A DNA stretch of 64,000 bases, taken from Octopus sinensis (taxonomy: Eukaryota). Made by a program: the position numbers and the translations under genes. Below, in pieces: positions 40,431 to 55,018 of this stretch. The notes below the pieces were generated by a model. The model was not told the DNA's origin and did not search any database. It was given only the letters and a program-made list of their open reading frames with translations. The first letter of the stretch is position 1, and each line of letters opens with the position of its first letter. Location of the stretch: positions 29,574,001 to 29,638,000 of the forward strand of contig NC_043008.1 of NCBI RefSeq assembly GCF_006345805.1, written 5' to 3'.

Positions 40431-41980
40431 TGTCTCTATTGGCTGGGTCTCTCTACCGCCAGTATATGGAGTATGGCTGTGTCTGGCAATATACACGCAC
40501 ATTAGAATATTTGCACTTTTACTTATAGGAGTAGGCCTGCGTTCTTATATGCATATAAATATTTATTTTTGATTAAGTGTAGGCACATATTTTTAATTAT
40601 ACTATATGGATGTATATGTATGTATGTGTGTGAGTGTATATGTATATGTGTATACATGTGAATCGATCTATATTTGTATATATATTTATGAATATATACA
40701 TGTGTGTGTGTAAGTTTATACGTATATGTTAATGTATATGTATGTACATGTATATGTGGATATATGCACTTATGACAGTGTATAAGTACCTAATGATCGA
40801 GTATACGTGTGCATATGTGTGTATATGTATGTTAGTATAAGTATATGGGAATGTACACGTATGTATAGATGTATTTGTATATGTATGCAAGCCTATATAT
40901 ATATATACGTGTCTATATGTGTATAAATGTGTGTATAAGCATTTATGACTGTGTGAGTATTATCCGCATAAGTATATGTGTATTGGTGTATAGATACAAA
41001 TGAATCTGAGTGCACATATTTTATATATGTGTTGTTAGGCTATTTATTTTTGCATATGAAAAGATCTATGTACGCCTGTATATATCCTAGGATATAACAC
41101 TACAACAAATTCCCACAACTCTGTTTTTCGTTCGTTTTTCTCCTTTCTATGAAAATTTACTCAACAATAATATAAACAATTTTTCGATATACACTATCGC
41201 ACAAAAGCTTTCTTATATACTATTTGGCTCTATATCGGATTACATAAGTTTATAAGTTTATAACTTAAAGTAATCCCCTTTATTTCGACCTTATCACTTG
41301 TATAGTATAGTATATATTTCTAAATTTTCTTAAAAACATACAAATTTTATGACTAGATGGTTAATTACGACATAAAACACTTGTTTTACTCTATGGATAT
41401 TATACCTATTATTTGCAATAAATACTCAAATTATAAATTTTATAAACCTCTAATTATTATTGAATACTATTAAACAATATTTTTTTCAACAAATTTATTA
41501 ATTCGGAAGATAATTGACGGTTAAGTACGGACTAAATTTGTATTTGGATTTTCAAAGTACATGCAATTACAGCCTGTCCAGTTATAAAACTCATTTAAAG
41601 ACATTTTAACAGACACATATAGGAATTCATAGAGAGAATGTCAGTTACTCACTTATATATTGTTTAGTTTTGATTCAAGTAGGCTGACTTCTAACTCCTT
41701 TTTTTAGTTTTTATACCAGCTACCGACGAGTACAAATATGACTATTACGATTGTCTATTATGAATATCAGAGGATTTTTGGATGACACAAATTGTATAGC
41801 TACATGATAAATAAAAGACATAATTCATTTTGTCATCTAATCCCATACATTACGTAACTGTGTTTAATAATATAAATCATGTACTGATTATTTCTATATA
41901 TAATAATATATGTATATACATACACACACATATATATATACTTATATATAAAAATGCATACACATACATATGCATATATA

Positions 41981-42037
<57 letters not shown>

Positions 42038-42870
42038 TATATATATTTACACACATATATATATATATACATACATATATAATATACACATATATGTGTA
42101 TATAGTTATTTACGATTAATTTATTCCTTTTTATCAATTATGAAACATACCTCCACAAACACAGAATATCATATTTCATAGTTAAAAGAAAAGATAAATA
42201 AATTAGTTTTAGAAATCTACCACTTGCATTTCCCCAGCATATGTCCTTACATTGAAAAAGCAAGTAAAGTCATAGCTGCAACCATGTAGGTTAAATTAAA
42301 AACATAACAACACTCATTTCAATAAGAATATGTGCATTGCTTTTCAAGAATTAATACAAATGTATTTATTTTAAGAATATTATTTTTTTTAAATCTTAGA
42401 AGTAAATCCGATCGCTTCTTTCTTGTTCGTTTTCAATTCTTTTCTTTAGGTAAAAATGTCTTAACCATTGTACATTTCTAATATTCAGTTTTTAATGTTT
42501 TTTTTATTTTATTTCAGTATTAAGTCTTTATCTTTTAAACCACGAAATAGATTTTTTCGTCTCTGCAGGAAATGGATTTTCAAAGAAAATTCGATAAACA
42601 TAAGTTTCAAAAGAATAGATACGAAACTGTATTTACGTGAATATGAACACACTTTTATATTGATATATGCTTACATACACATAAACGAACGACGTATACT
42701 CACAAACGCACAGACAAACTTGCTCCGTAAAGACTCATGTAATCATATGTGAACATATATGTCCACGTCCTTGTATATGCACGAGTGTATGCATATATAT
42801 GTTCGAGTTCAGATATTTTTGAGACTCAGTATAACTCACCTAATACATTCTCTCCCTCTTTCTCCCACTC

Positions 42871-42913
<43 letters not shown>

Positions 42914-42930
42914 TTGTGTGTGTGTGTGTA

Positions 42931-42967
<37 letters not shown>

Positions 42968-44075
42968 TATACAGACATAAACAAATATATACGTATATAT
43001 GATATTTACACCGGTGCACATATTATACATTTACATATCCGTATATTCATGTATTGTTACATTCATTTTCCCACATGCACACATGCACATATACACATTT
43101 AAACATGTATATATTTATATATGAGTTTATTTGGCTGTGTGTAAATCTACATATATACTATCTATGTATCTAAAACATGTGTTTATATACCTAAAGAAGA
43201 GTTTGTGCTTGTGTGTGTATGTATATGTGTGCGTGCATGCATGTGTTTCTTGACTGAGTTGATGCTTGTTTGTCAATGACTATACTAAACTAGTTTTATA
43301 GTCATTTCTCAGATTATATGTGAAATTTCCTGGCATACAACCAAGAATAAATATATTCTTGTTTACTTTTTACCTCAGGATAACATGTGATATGATAATA
43401 GAAAACATAATTACATTAACTCCGAGAAAAAATTGTAGGGTTATTTTTGAGTTTAGCTTGCTTGGTTATACCAGAGTGTAATCAACGCATAATTTTCTTA
43501 TCATTCCGTTACAATTTCTATGCCATAAACGTATTAATGAGAATTAATTTATGAAAATTAGACGTAAGAGAATCATAAATTTTAAGTTCTGTTAAAAAAT
43601 GTTTTTTTTAAATATTTTTTCAGTGTTTTTTCACTAACTTTGAAAGGATTTTAAAATGTACGTGATATTTTCGTACGGAATGCATTAAATTGTGATTGGT
43701 TAATTGTATGTTATTAAAAGTGTTTAACTAAAGCATAACAATGAGCCATAGTTTTAGAAACATTGATATACTTTAAGCGTGAAAATTTTTCCTAGAAAGA
43801 TCGATTATGATTCAGAATCTAAAGACATTTTCCTTTTACATGGGATTTTGTCCGCATTCTTACATATATAAATCTTTCTGAAAAGTTATTATGTTAATGA
43901 AATCAACAATGGCATTTTTAGTGGGATCTCATAATCTTCTGAATAGCTATTTTGTTCTGGCCGTCAATTGCCTGATTTGACTATATAATCCTGCAAAAAA
44001 TATGCTCATACTTCTAGAATTCAAGTTCACAAATCTACATTTATAAAGGTTGAGTCGAATATCTAACAAGGGGTT

Positions 44076-44285
44076 AAGGTGGAGGCTGGCAGAATCTTTA
44101 GCAAGCAGACAAACTGCTTAGCGGTATTTCGTTTGCTTTTACGTTCTGAGTTCAAATTCCGCTGAGTGGTCTTTGCCTTTCATCATTTCGAGGTCGAAAA
44201 AAGAAATATCAATTACGCACTGGGGTAGATGTAGTCGACTATGCCCCTGTCTGGCAATCGTTGGGCTTATGCCAAAATTTGAAAT
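44076..44285 (+). mobile_element. SINE family B
   Basis: gctggcagaatc...gcttagcggtatttcg...gttctgagttcaaattccgc...gcctttcatc. Confidence 0.85.
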
Positions 44286-46894
44286 AAACATGTAACAAAA
44301 GATTCAACAATTCAAGGTATGCCCATCTCAGAATAATTTTCACTTCATATTATCTGTATTTAAAAACACATCAACACATTATCATTGATGCAGAATTATT
44401 GGGAATACAAAAATGTTACTTTTATCAATATTATGCCATTTACAGCAAAGGCTTTAAACCCATATACGAATCAAACTTGCGTTAAATAATGTCCATTCTA
44501 CGAAAGCGTAGGAATAATGCATATGAATAATGTAGTACTTGTGATTAAAAAAATGATGGTCTTATCAAGAATTTTGTTATTTTCTTCATCATAAGACTCC
44601 TAATCAGAACCATTTCATTTTACAAACACTACCAGCAGCCCCAGTCAGAATTCTGCATTAATTTCAGTGCACTAAACCGCTTTGTGCACTCTCTTCCTTC
44701 GTATTACAACAGTTTAAAAAATTATTTATGTCACCACATGTTTGGTGATTGGCATTGTTCACATAAAAAAGAACATTCAAGAAGCTATAAAAGTGAGTAC
44801 ATTTCAAAGGAAAGCGTTGATGTATGTAATTATATTGGAGAAAAATCTTGTCAACATTACAGTACCACCAACGTTTAAGTATAGCAGATGCATTAGATAT
44901 TTACTTCAAAGTCAACTAAAGCGACGAAAATTAATTCTATTAGAAGGCCAGGAAAACTCTGCCAATAATTCAGAACGAAATGGCGATTAGTCATACATTA
45001 GACTGACCCAGTTGTAACTGATTCGTGCTTGTCTCTCTGAGCGAAATATAACCTAGCAATATGTAACCAAATTCAAAACTGAATACGCCGGGCATTTAAA
45101 AAAATAACGCAATTATGTATAGATGCATCAAAATAGAAAAATATTGGGAATTTCAAATACAATCTTCATCTCGAATAATATTAAAACAGATAAACATTTT
45201 CTTTATCGATTGTATTGCTTTCATCTTGTCTCTTTTTGTCTATTTTCTCCTGAGAACATTTAGGAAAAATTGACAATAGAACTTACAGGAAATTTCTTAA
45301 CTACTTGCAGCGGCTTTATAGATTTTTTTCTTTTTCAAAGCTGGGTCACATTCAATGAAGATAGGTTATTGTCTATTGTTACTGAAATTTAGAGCATCCC
45401 CACTGTTTCAACAATTTTGTCCACCCAACATATTGTCTTCTTTTTTGAATCACATAAAACTAATAAGTTTAATGTCCCAAATTTCTTAGTGTATAATATT
45501 TTTTGTTTCTTATCTTATTTTCCTTACCTTTTTCATAACATTGTTCGTTACAAAAATAATGTATATTTATCAAGTTATTCACATCTTTCAAGCAACATTA
45601 CTATGACTAGTGACAAACCTATAGTGCCGAATATTGCTAAAACTCTTACTACAACAGCCACTGATACCACTATCTCTGGAGGTAAACCGCGATTGCTTAA
45701 ATAAAAATATCAATAATGCATTCCTCTATACGCTATAGAAAATTTCGTTGTCTTTATTACAAACCATAAAGAATTTTTTCACAAGCAGCATCATCAGTGC
45801 AAAAATAGCTTAACCATCATTTCTTTCCCTTCTATTCTTCCTCACATCATCATCATTATCTCTACTATATTCACTATCCTTATCTTCACTAAAATACTGT
45901 TACCATATTTTACTGTCAACGGTGTTTATAGCTTCCTAAAGTAATTCTTTTCCTTAATGTTTTACCAAGCATTCACATTGTATAAACTAACACCAGAATA
46001 CGTCTCATATAATTTACACTTCATCACACATTTACTCCTCACTGTGTCATTTTCTCCCACTCTTTATTGTTCAAGAAAGTTTACATAAACTTTCTTACCA
46101 TTACTACATTGAATTTATTCTCATTCAAAATTATCAAAATTTACTTCATGCGCCGCTAACTTACTATTAAAGAATGTAATCTGCTTTACTTCCATAAATA
46201 ATATTCATTTTCAGTTAAGCACGACTTTGGTTATTAAATCATCTACGCTATATTTCTGATGGTGATTTTATCTACACTGTGAGAATGAATAGAGACGTCA
46301 ATATGTGTGTGAATTGAACCAAGTGCTTGGAGTGAAAAGACAAATTATAGTATGTTTTTATTAAGAAGTTTCTTTTGCCACAATGTGGATCCGCATTCCA
46401 TCTTACTCTGCAGCAGCTTAGGCAACTGGTTTCTCCTCTAGTCACGGTTGGCAACATATTTTGCGTGAAATGCCTTCGACAGAAATTTGGCAGGTGGGTG
46501 TAATTACTCATGCACGTGCGTGCAGACACGAATGCACACACGAACACACACATACACACACATATATATACAAATACATATATACACGCCAGCAAATATT
46601 TTGTTAATCATAACTCTAATGCGCATACGTTGTGGCATATATTCAATCCAAGTTATTTCTTCTCACCTGATAGCGAATACACAGTAATGTTATTTTCTAA
46701 TTAGAAATTCATTAAAAAAAACTAAATTATTTTTGCACAAAATACATTATATGTAAAATAAAACCACCATATTATTTAAAATACACTATAATTATGTCGC
46801 TGATCCTTAATAAACATAAGAATGTCCAGAAATCAGTTTATAGTTCAACACAACAGAATCTACAACACCAGATGGTGTATACCAACCCTGAAAT

Positions 46895-48820
46895 CCAGAA
46901 ATAGTGAATCTGCCAACCTGTCAATCCAAAAAAAACAAAATTGTCTCAAAAGGATTGAAATTTACTCCGACACACGATACCCTGACCTCAATGAAATACA
47001 CGACTATGTCCCACACTTCTGTAGAAAATTACGCTTCACAGAAGAATTTTTTGACAAAGAAAATAATAAGTATGAATCAATGGTATGCAATAAAAGTAAT
47101 TGCAATCATACAAAAGGCAGGAATAAAACGTTGGGCAAATATTGTGATTACGTATCAAACGTCCCTTATAGTGATCTACCACAATCTAAACCCAAAGCCA
47201 ATACCAGTAAAAGGGAATGGGAAATCATCCACGAATTAAAAACAATCATAACATCACAATTAAGGAAGCAGATAAGGGTAGTACTATCGTAATTATGGAC
47301 ACAGAACAATACAAAAATTCTGTATCTCACCACTTAGAAGAAGCTACCCACCATGAAAGAGTAGTCAACTAACAATACTCAAAATGATGTCGAAACTAAA
47401 CACACTCATTTGCCAACATCATAATAACCTAACGAAAAAAGAATATGAATACTTAACAAATTTTGATTGCAAAATCAGCAACCTCTACGGGCCTCCGAAG
47501 ATCATTGTACCTTGAGTGTGTTTCGGTTTTCGTAAGTCTTGGATATCGATTGTCTTGTCCCGTTCTATTATATTGTCAACTAATGATGCTGGGTACCGAA
47601 TTTCGAGTAGAATTTCCTTTCATTCTTGGAGTTTTGTTTTTTCATGATTTGAGACATTTGCTCAAATTCTACTCGACACCCCCACCAATCTCAAGCTGAA
47701 ATCAAATGTGACAGGTCCAAAGTTCGAAACACACAAATGAAGCAACTTCATTGATATACTCTTAAAACCAATGCTTAAACACATACCAAGTATTGCAAGA
47801 GATGACCTGCCTCTCCTAAACTATCTCCTCAAACAAGCTAATGAAAACATTTTCATACTCATTTTTTATGTGATAAAACTTTATTCTACGATTCCACGTC
47901 AATACAGCATGGAAATCATTAACTTTCGGCTAGCAAAATACACCAATGAGTTTCTGGAAAGAATCAAAAATGAATTTATCATTGAGGGCCTTAAGTTTAT
48001 CCTCCAAAATAACATTTTAAATTTTAATAATAATACCCACAAACATGTATCAGGGACAACAATGGGTACTAAAGTTTCCCCAAATTATGCCAATCTGTTG
48101 ACGGCCTACGTGGACACATAAATATATGAACAATCCAAATTAAAATACGGCCTGTGTTTCGACCAATATCTGTTGGAGAATTGGAAACGCTACTTGGACG
48201 ACTGCTTTATTCTATGGTCTCACACACTTCGACCAACTCAATGGATTCAAAAATTGAATTAATAATGTCAACAAACATGTCCAATTTACAATGGAATATA
48301 GTCAAGCCCAACTCCCATTTCTAGACATGCTTATTAATAAAAAGGCATCAACAAGAAACTGATATACAATACAAACCGACTGATTTAAAACAATACCCCT
48401 TGTTCACCTCCAATCACCCAAAGCGCCCGAATACAAACATCCCCTTCTATCTAGCGAGAAGAATCTGTACAATTGTCTCAAATTATGAAATCCGAAATAA
48501 AAGACTCCAAGAAGTATAAGAAATTCTTCTTGAAAGACGGTACCCAACATCAATAATTGACAAAGAAATAGAACGGGACAAAACAATTTTTATCCAATAT
48601 TAACAAAAACAGAAACACACTCAAACTACATTAAATAGTCTCCCATATCTCTCAAACACCATCCAAGAAATAGAGAAGCTTCCACGATTATATACAAGAA
48701 CATGCAACTGTTGAATCAAGACCCACGGTTAAAAAAGCACTCGAAACCCATAAAATAATAAAAAAGCAACAGACAACCCAAATCTCTAAAATACCTTACT
48801 GACCAATGCGGAATTACACA
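46895..48820 (+). mobile_element. Penelope-like element (Neptune-like) RT, decayed, endonuclease absent
   Basis: NLS...SKGLKFTPT, EADKGS..VIMD, LYGPPKI, FIDILLKP, GTTMGTKVSPNYANL, WKRYLDDCF, LPFLDM, YKPTD, NIPFYLARRICTIVS. Confidence 0.9.
47505..47675 (-). repeat. Inverted copy of the same element's thumb region (about 48455-48632) embedded in the RT
   Basis: Reverse-complement similarity visible in DNA and in the ORF-track peptides (CPVL..CQL.MLGT.F in both 47463+ and 48586-). Confidence 0.85.
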
Positions 48821-50952
48821 AGCCTTTACACAGAACTTACCTAGCGTACCTAATCGTTTAGATCACCTGTGAAGTAAATTCTCATACTTTGTATATATAT
48901 ATATATATATATATCAATATAGTGTACATCTAAACACAAGAGGCATCCGCCATAGGAATTCTGGGACGCTAGAAGGAACAGCCAAATTCAAAACCACTAT
49001 TAGGGATAAACATTTCGAAGGGAATGAAAAATAAAAACAGTTGCCATCTATCTCATGGACCATGGTTTCTGACTTTTTTACGAAATAAGATAATTTGCTA
49101 GGCGATGTCTTCAACAACACGTACGCCTAGATTAAATGTTTAAGCTAGGCGTACTTGATAATATTTTCACATTTGATTCTCAATTCTTGTAATTTTATAT
49201 TTTACGTCTAATTATTTCTTTGTATAATATTGCTCACTTACTTAGTGTGTAGCTTTCATTGTTGTGGCATCGGAGTATATAGGGATTTTTGAGAAAGATT
49301 TTTTTCGAGGTGCTGGAGAGAGGAGTTTAGCAAAATTCACACGATTTTGTCGCTCATAACTTTCAGGAAGATAGGTATGTTTTAATGAAAATGTATACGG
49401 ATCCCTTTCGAACGGCATTACGATTATAAAGAAATCAGAGCCTCCGAAATAATGAATGTGGGGTGCATCTTTGTATCAAAAAAGTATTGTAAACTCATTT
49501 TTAACGCCCCTCCCTCATCATCCCATTCCGAAGCTATTTTAGCCAATTCTTTTTCTTTTTTTTCTTTTTTGCACTTTAAAACAATGGAAAGAGCATTTTC
49601 GGTACAATTTTTTTAAAATTGTTAATAGTTTCAGAGGGAAAACTGTGTGATTTAAGAGCGATTTGGCTTTTGTATTACTTTATCCAAAGACCACCCTCCT
49701 TCTTTCTTTATCACATTCGCATGTATTGGTGTTTTTAATATTTTTCTCCATAAATACATTTATATACTATAAAAAAGAAAATTTAAGAAATTATGAATGT
49801 TTTGCAACACCATTCCCTGCCCCAAATTGTTTCTGTTTAAAAATTAAAATATGAGAGAGCCAGAGAATGTCATTGCTGGCATTTATTCACAGTGATTTTA
49901 TAAAATTACGATGTAGTTCTATAGCAAGAGATTCAATCTAAGATTGTGTGCTGAAAGGAAAACAATTGCAGAGTAGATGTTTGTGAGCCATTCAAGAACC
50001 CAGAAAGCGTTAGTTTCACAGCATTCCTTAAATACAGAGATCCTGATGCACCTAACTTACAATACGAAGGGAAGCGTTAGTTTTAGGATTAGTTAGGGTT
50101 AGGGTTATGGTGCCATAGCACGTCTAAACAACGAGCATTTAAAATACTTTGTATTTAAGTACTACCAATTTCACGTCAACATTAAAATTTCATATCTCAA
50201 AATATTTTCTTCGCTTTGAAACAACGACCTGTTCACTGACAAAACTTCGCAAAAGTAAATCAGCCCGAAGGTTTGTCACTGAACAGCAAGCACACACACA
50301 CACAAGCGCACGCACACACACATACACACACACACACGTGGGCGCGCACGCACATACATTCATTGCCTTTGTTTTGTGTGTATGTGTATCTATATGTTCG
50401 CGGGAGTGTGTCACTGTTGAAGTCGCTCGTGCAACTTTTTTGTATATATATATATATATATCGGCTCAGTGGTTCACAATGTTTGGGAACTTTCTAGGCT
50501 CCTCTCACAGGTATCCCGCGTTCAAAAATTATATGATTATATAAAATAATTTTCATTCAAGAAATAATAAATTACGTATGCACTAATAGAATAAACTGTC
50601 ATTTTTTCCAAATAGCGAATAAAAACTTAAAAGAGAAAGGGAGAGACGTTGCAAATGGGAATGGAATACTTCGCAGTGAATGCAATGAATATTTAAATTT
50701 TCGAGAAAATGGAGTTTAAAATATTCAAGAAACTTGAGAAATCGAAATTATTGGAATCAAGAATTTATAAAACTATTTCCAGACGGTCAACCCATTAATA
50801 ATTGCTTTCTTTTAGGACTTTTAAGAATTGTGACGTACCTAATTAATAAGCAACTTTCTCTTTTATAGTATAGAAACCGCACTTTTTAGTCCCAAATTCT
50901 ATTGCGATACCCCCACTAAATATCTGTTCTGTTTAATCTAGATCACGTTCGG

Positions 50953-50956
<4 letters not shown>

Positions 50957-51015
<59 letters not shown>

Positions 51016-51016
51016 T
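50957..51016. repeat. (TTA)n microsatellite
   Basis: Directly visible. Confidence 0.97.
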
Positions 51017-51230
51017 AAAGCGGCGAGCTGACAGAATCAGTATTACACCTGGCAAAATCCTTAGTGGTATTTCGTCTGTTTGCGCGTTCTTAGTTCAAAT
51101 TCCACCGAGGTCGACTTTGCCTTTCACCCTTTCGCGGTCAATAAATTGAGTACCAGTGAAACACCGGGGTCAATTTAATAGACTTGATCCCTCCCCCCAA
51201 ATTTCAGGCCTTGCATCTAGAGTAGAAATG
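51017..51230 (+). mobile_element. SINE family B, well preserved
   Basis: aaagcggcgagctgacagaatc...gttcaaattccaccgaggtcgactttgcctttc...ccaaatttcaggccttg. Confidence 0.9.
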
Positions 51231-51269
51231 ATGATTAATATTATTATTCCACCGTAACACCATGTAGGT

Positions 51270-51800
51270 AAAAATGCACCGGTGTCTTTAATCATCTGCC
51301 AAGTCACAAGGACCGCAGACAGATAATACTTTACTCAAGATGCGTGTTGTGCCCAATAAGGCTGCTTTTTGCAGGACATCAATCTTGCAGGGGATTTCCA
51401 GTTGCTTTAGGAAGTCTTGAAGTTTCAATGGGATTGAGCCAAACGCTCCGATCACCACTGGTATCACTTTTACATTACCCTCTCTCGTCTCATACAGTCT
51501 TGCCATTTCCACTTTGAATTCAGAATACTTGAGGATTTTTCAACCTCTTTACTGAAACTATTTACATCATTTGGTATGGCTCCATCAATGATCTTATAGT
51601 ATTTGCCTTTCTTATTCAATATGACAATAACCGGCCGATGGTATTCGATTATACGATCCGTCTCAAAATCATAGTTCCAGCGTATCGTTACTTTTCCATC
51701 TTCCTGCATAACTTTACTTGGTACAAGCTCATACTAGTTCTCCATTACTTCATATTGGTGTTTACGGCATAAGAGCCGATGAAGATACATTATTAATCGT

Positions 51801-51839
<39 letters not shown>

Positions 51840-52020
51840 AAGGCCCTCACATCAACTTACCAAGTGGCTCAAATTTCCCATACTCTTTCCACAAAGTCTG
51901 CATTTCTAGGTGTCAGAATTTTTATCGACTTGGGAGAGAGAGCCTGATGTTCTGCAGCAATAATCAGGCTTTTGGTGGCACGCTTCAAATCACCTCGCTT
52001 AAGCATCTGACCAGGATGCT
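51270..52020 (-). mobile_element. R4/Dong-like LINE 3' end (zinc knuckle plus restriction-like endonuclease)
   Basis: LKRGDLKRATKSLIIAAEHQAL, KCRLCG..HLVS.C, WNYDFETDRIIEYHRP, IIDGAIP, IPVVIGAFG, LQKAALLGTTRIL; a (CA)n expansion sits inside. Confidence 0.88.
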
Positions 52021-52039
52021 GTATTGTCCTTAACGTCTT

Positions 52040-52175
52040 GTGCCTTCCTTTCAAACTGTTCTGCCTTTCATCATTTCGGAGTCGTTAAGACTGTTAAGAC
52101 TACCAGTTAAGACTGTGACCGATGTAATCGATTAATCTCTCCCCCGATCTCCCTGGTTTGTGCCAAAATTTGAAG
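52040..52175 (+). mobile_element. SINE family B, 3' part
   Basis: tgcctttcatcatttcggagtcg...gatgtaatcgat...gtgccaaaatttgaa then (ATT)n. Confidence 0.7.
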
Positions 52176-52258
52176 CTATTATTATTATTATTGTTGTTGT
52201 TGTTGTTGTTGTTTTGTTGTTGTTGTTGTTGTTGTTATTTTTATTATTATTATTATTA

Positions 52259-52296
<38 letters not shown>

Positions 52297-52929
52297 TGAA
52301 AGAACGTTAGTGATATGGCAATGAATTCTTACATAAGGGAAATGACTCAGATATGAGTCTATAGATCAGTCGATTACATCGACCCGAACACATCATTTGC
52401 ATTTATAATAGTGACTGTGTGTTCATGAAGAGGAATAAAGACATCCGCTTGATTTAGAATTTACAAATAATGTATTGTAACTAAATATCATAGGAGAAGT
52501 ATCCGACGGTATAAAGACTTGAATATTCAAACGAAAATGAAATATAATGCTTACGCGTAATGCTTAAAACTTCACCGCGATGTTGTTCTCATTTGTCCAA
52601 TATATACGCTAAATTTTGATCGATAAGTGTGAGAATATTACTAGCGTATTTGTTTGATCACTTTCCACCTTAAAATTATTTAGTAACGTTGGTAAGTCTT
52701 ATATTGATTCGGTTCATATAATTCTTCTATTATTTTTGTCTTCGAAGTGCTCCGACTGTTCTCAGCCAAACGGAATATGCAATTTCATGCGTTCTAGATA
52801 GGGCAGAAAGTCTTGTGGTCTATTTTATGGATTCTGAGATGTCGCACGAAAATTACCGCCATATGCACATGATAGCGCGTATGTGTGTATATACATACAA
52901 ATATATACATACATACTCACATGCATACG

Positions 52930-52934
<5 letters not shown>

Positions 52935-53019
<85 letters not shown>

Positions 53020-53020
53020 G
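52935..53020. repeat. (TA)n microsatellite
   Basis: Directly visible. Confidence 0.97.
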
Positions 53021-54978
53021 TTTACACAAACATACAAAGTCACAAACACAGGCAAATACTTCCATATAGCCATATACGATTACACACGCAAATCCACGTT
53101 CACTTATACATACACACCCTGATATATTTACATATTCCCTGTGCATGCACACATTGTAAATCATATATGCATAGCTTATACATTATAGGGCTATATAAAG
53201 TTCAGATATAATCGGAAAAATGAAAGTTGAATAAAATAAAATAGAATGAAATGCATCGATCAGCGATGATAGAAGAAAGGCGATGTAATAAATAATAAAT
53301 GGTAATAAACAAATAACAGATGTTGAATAAGATAAAATAAGACAGAGAAGGTAATAAAGAAGAGGGAAACTATACGTATGAAGTTATACGTAAGATTACG
53401 TACTAATGAGATAATAATATAATGAATTTCTAACTGAGAATTATAAAACACGTGGTAATAATTTCCAGTCCTAACAGATTTATACACAACAACACGAGAG
53501 GAAATAATCATGCACAGGGAATACTTAAGGTGTATATCCATATTACATAACACGCAAGTGTGCGAATGTACATCTATTATTATTATGTAAGCAGTTTTAC
53601 CATAGCTCCCTCGTCTTGTTGAGTATGTTAACTTGATATATGTTAACTTGTGTATGTTAACTTGATATATATAAAAAGAATAGTTGAATTTCACTATCAC
53701 AAAAGGTTAGCATTACCTTACTCTAATATGAGTGTACCTTTGTCTGTACTGAACTGTGCGAGGTCATTAAATATCGAAACTCTGGAGTGTTTTTATCATC
53801 TCGAACAGCCTAAAATGCATAGTTCTTCGGAAGGTTCTGACGAGGTTCGGTGCCCAGATTCTTTTGTTGCACCCAGCCTGAAATTACACAATGGCATGAC
53901 AGGATAGATGTCATAAAGAAACATATTCTGGAACGATTTTTGATCCCCAACGGCTCAAAGCAAGTTTGCATATATGATCATACCTTGTTCCATCTTAACT
54001 TTCTAGCCATACTTCTCGAATCACTAGAGTAGAAAAAAGTAACACTTCCATGGTTACTCTAGAACGTACCCAAATTCGTGCTACACTGCAGCATGCCGAC
54101 AACAACGCGCTACCAGCTCAATCTCCCACCCAAAACTGTAGCAATCTGTTAACAAAATCAAAAATACATATGATCGCTTCGATCTGACACTCAACAACAA
54201 GCAACTTGCACAGCTTGATTCAAACTCCGTCCTTCCAGAGTTAAACATTTTCTTCTTCAACACTGCACTGGAACAAATTCATCAGTCTCTTCACTTCGGA
54301 AGCATTGTCTGAATATTATGTAATATCGAGAAAGTTGTTGAGATTCTCCGAGCTGCCCATGCCGCTTTGGATAATTTTTCTGCATGTCATTGGTTATATG
54401 AAGCTCAACCTACAAACGAAGCTCATGATGCATAAGGCCATATTTGTTTCCACCATACTCTAGGGGTATGAGATGTAAAATTTGTGGCGCCGGAACATTC
54501 AAAACCTTGGACATTAAAGAGTACGAAAATGCAAATTCAAATTTTCGGCAGCGAACTAATTACAGGGAAGATACCATACTAGTTTCCACTGTGACCCAAC
54601 AAAGACCAATTGAAACAAAAGATCAAGCGCAACAATATTTATTCTAAATTCTGGGAGCAATGTAGTAGACAGATCGGCGTAACGTCCCACCATCGATTCT
54701 GGCGTAATACATTTTGAAAAAGCAGTCGAAGAAATGAAAATTAACAGTTGAATCTGCTAACTCTAACTAAGGTGACTACCGACCATAAAATTTAGCCTCT
54801 GTTGAGTATTGTTTCAGTCACAAATCTGTCTCGTAAGCCTTTAGTGGCACCGTCATACGAAAACTGATACTCAGCAATACGGATGGGCCGATGACGATGC
54901 ATACACACGTACACACACACACACGCACACACAAACACACACACACACACATATATATATATACATACATCTATATTT

Positions 54979-55018
<40 letters not shown>

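Noticed and set aside
48828-48845. Minus-strand TAG|GTAAGT as a recursive site
   Set aside because: No pyrimidine tract upstream on the minus strand.
50093-50107. TTAGGG TTAGGG TTA telomere-like motif
   Set aside because: Only 2.5 units inside an AT-rich interspersed repeat; too short to call an interstitial telomere.
54090-54560. Gypsy RT interpretation of the coding-like fossil
   Set aside because: The diagnostic PFGL.NA and Y.DD motifs are absent.
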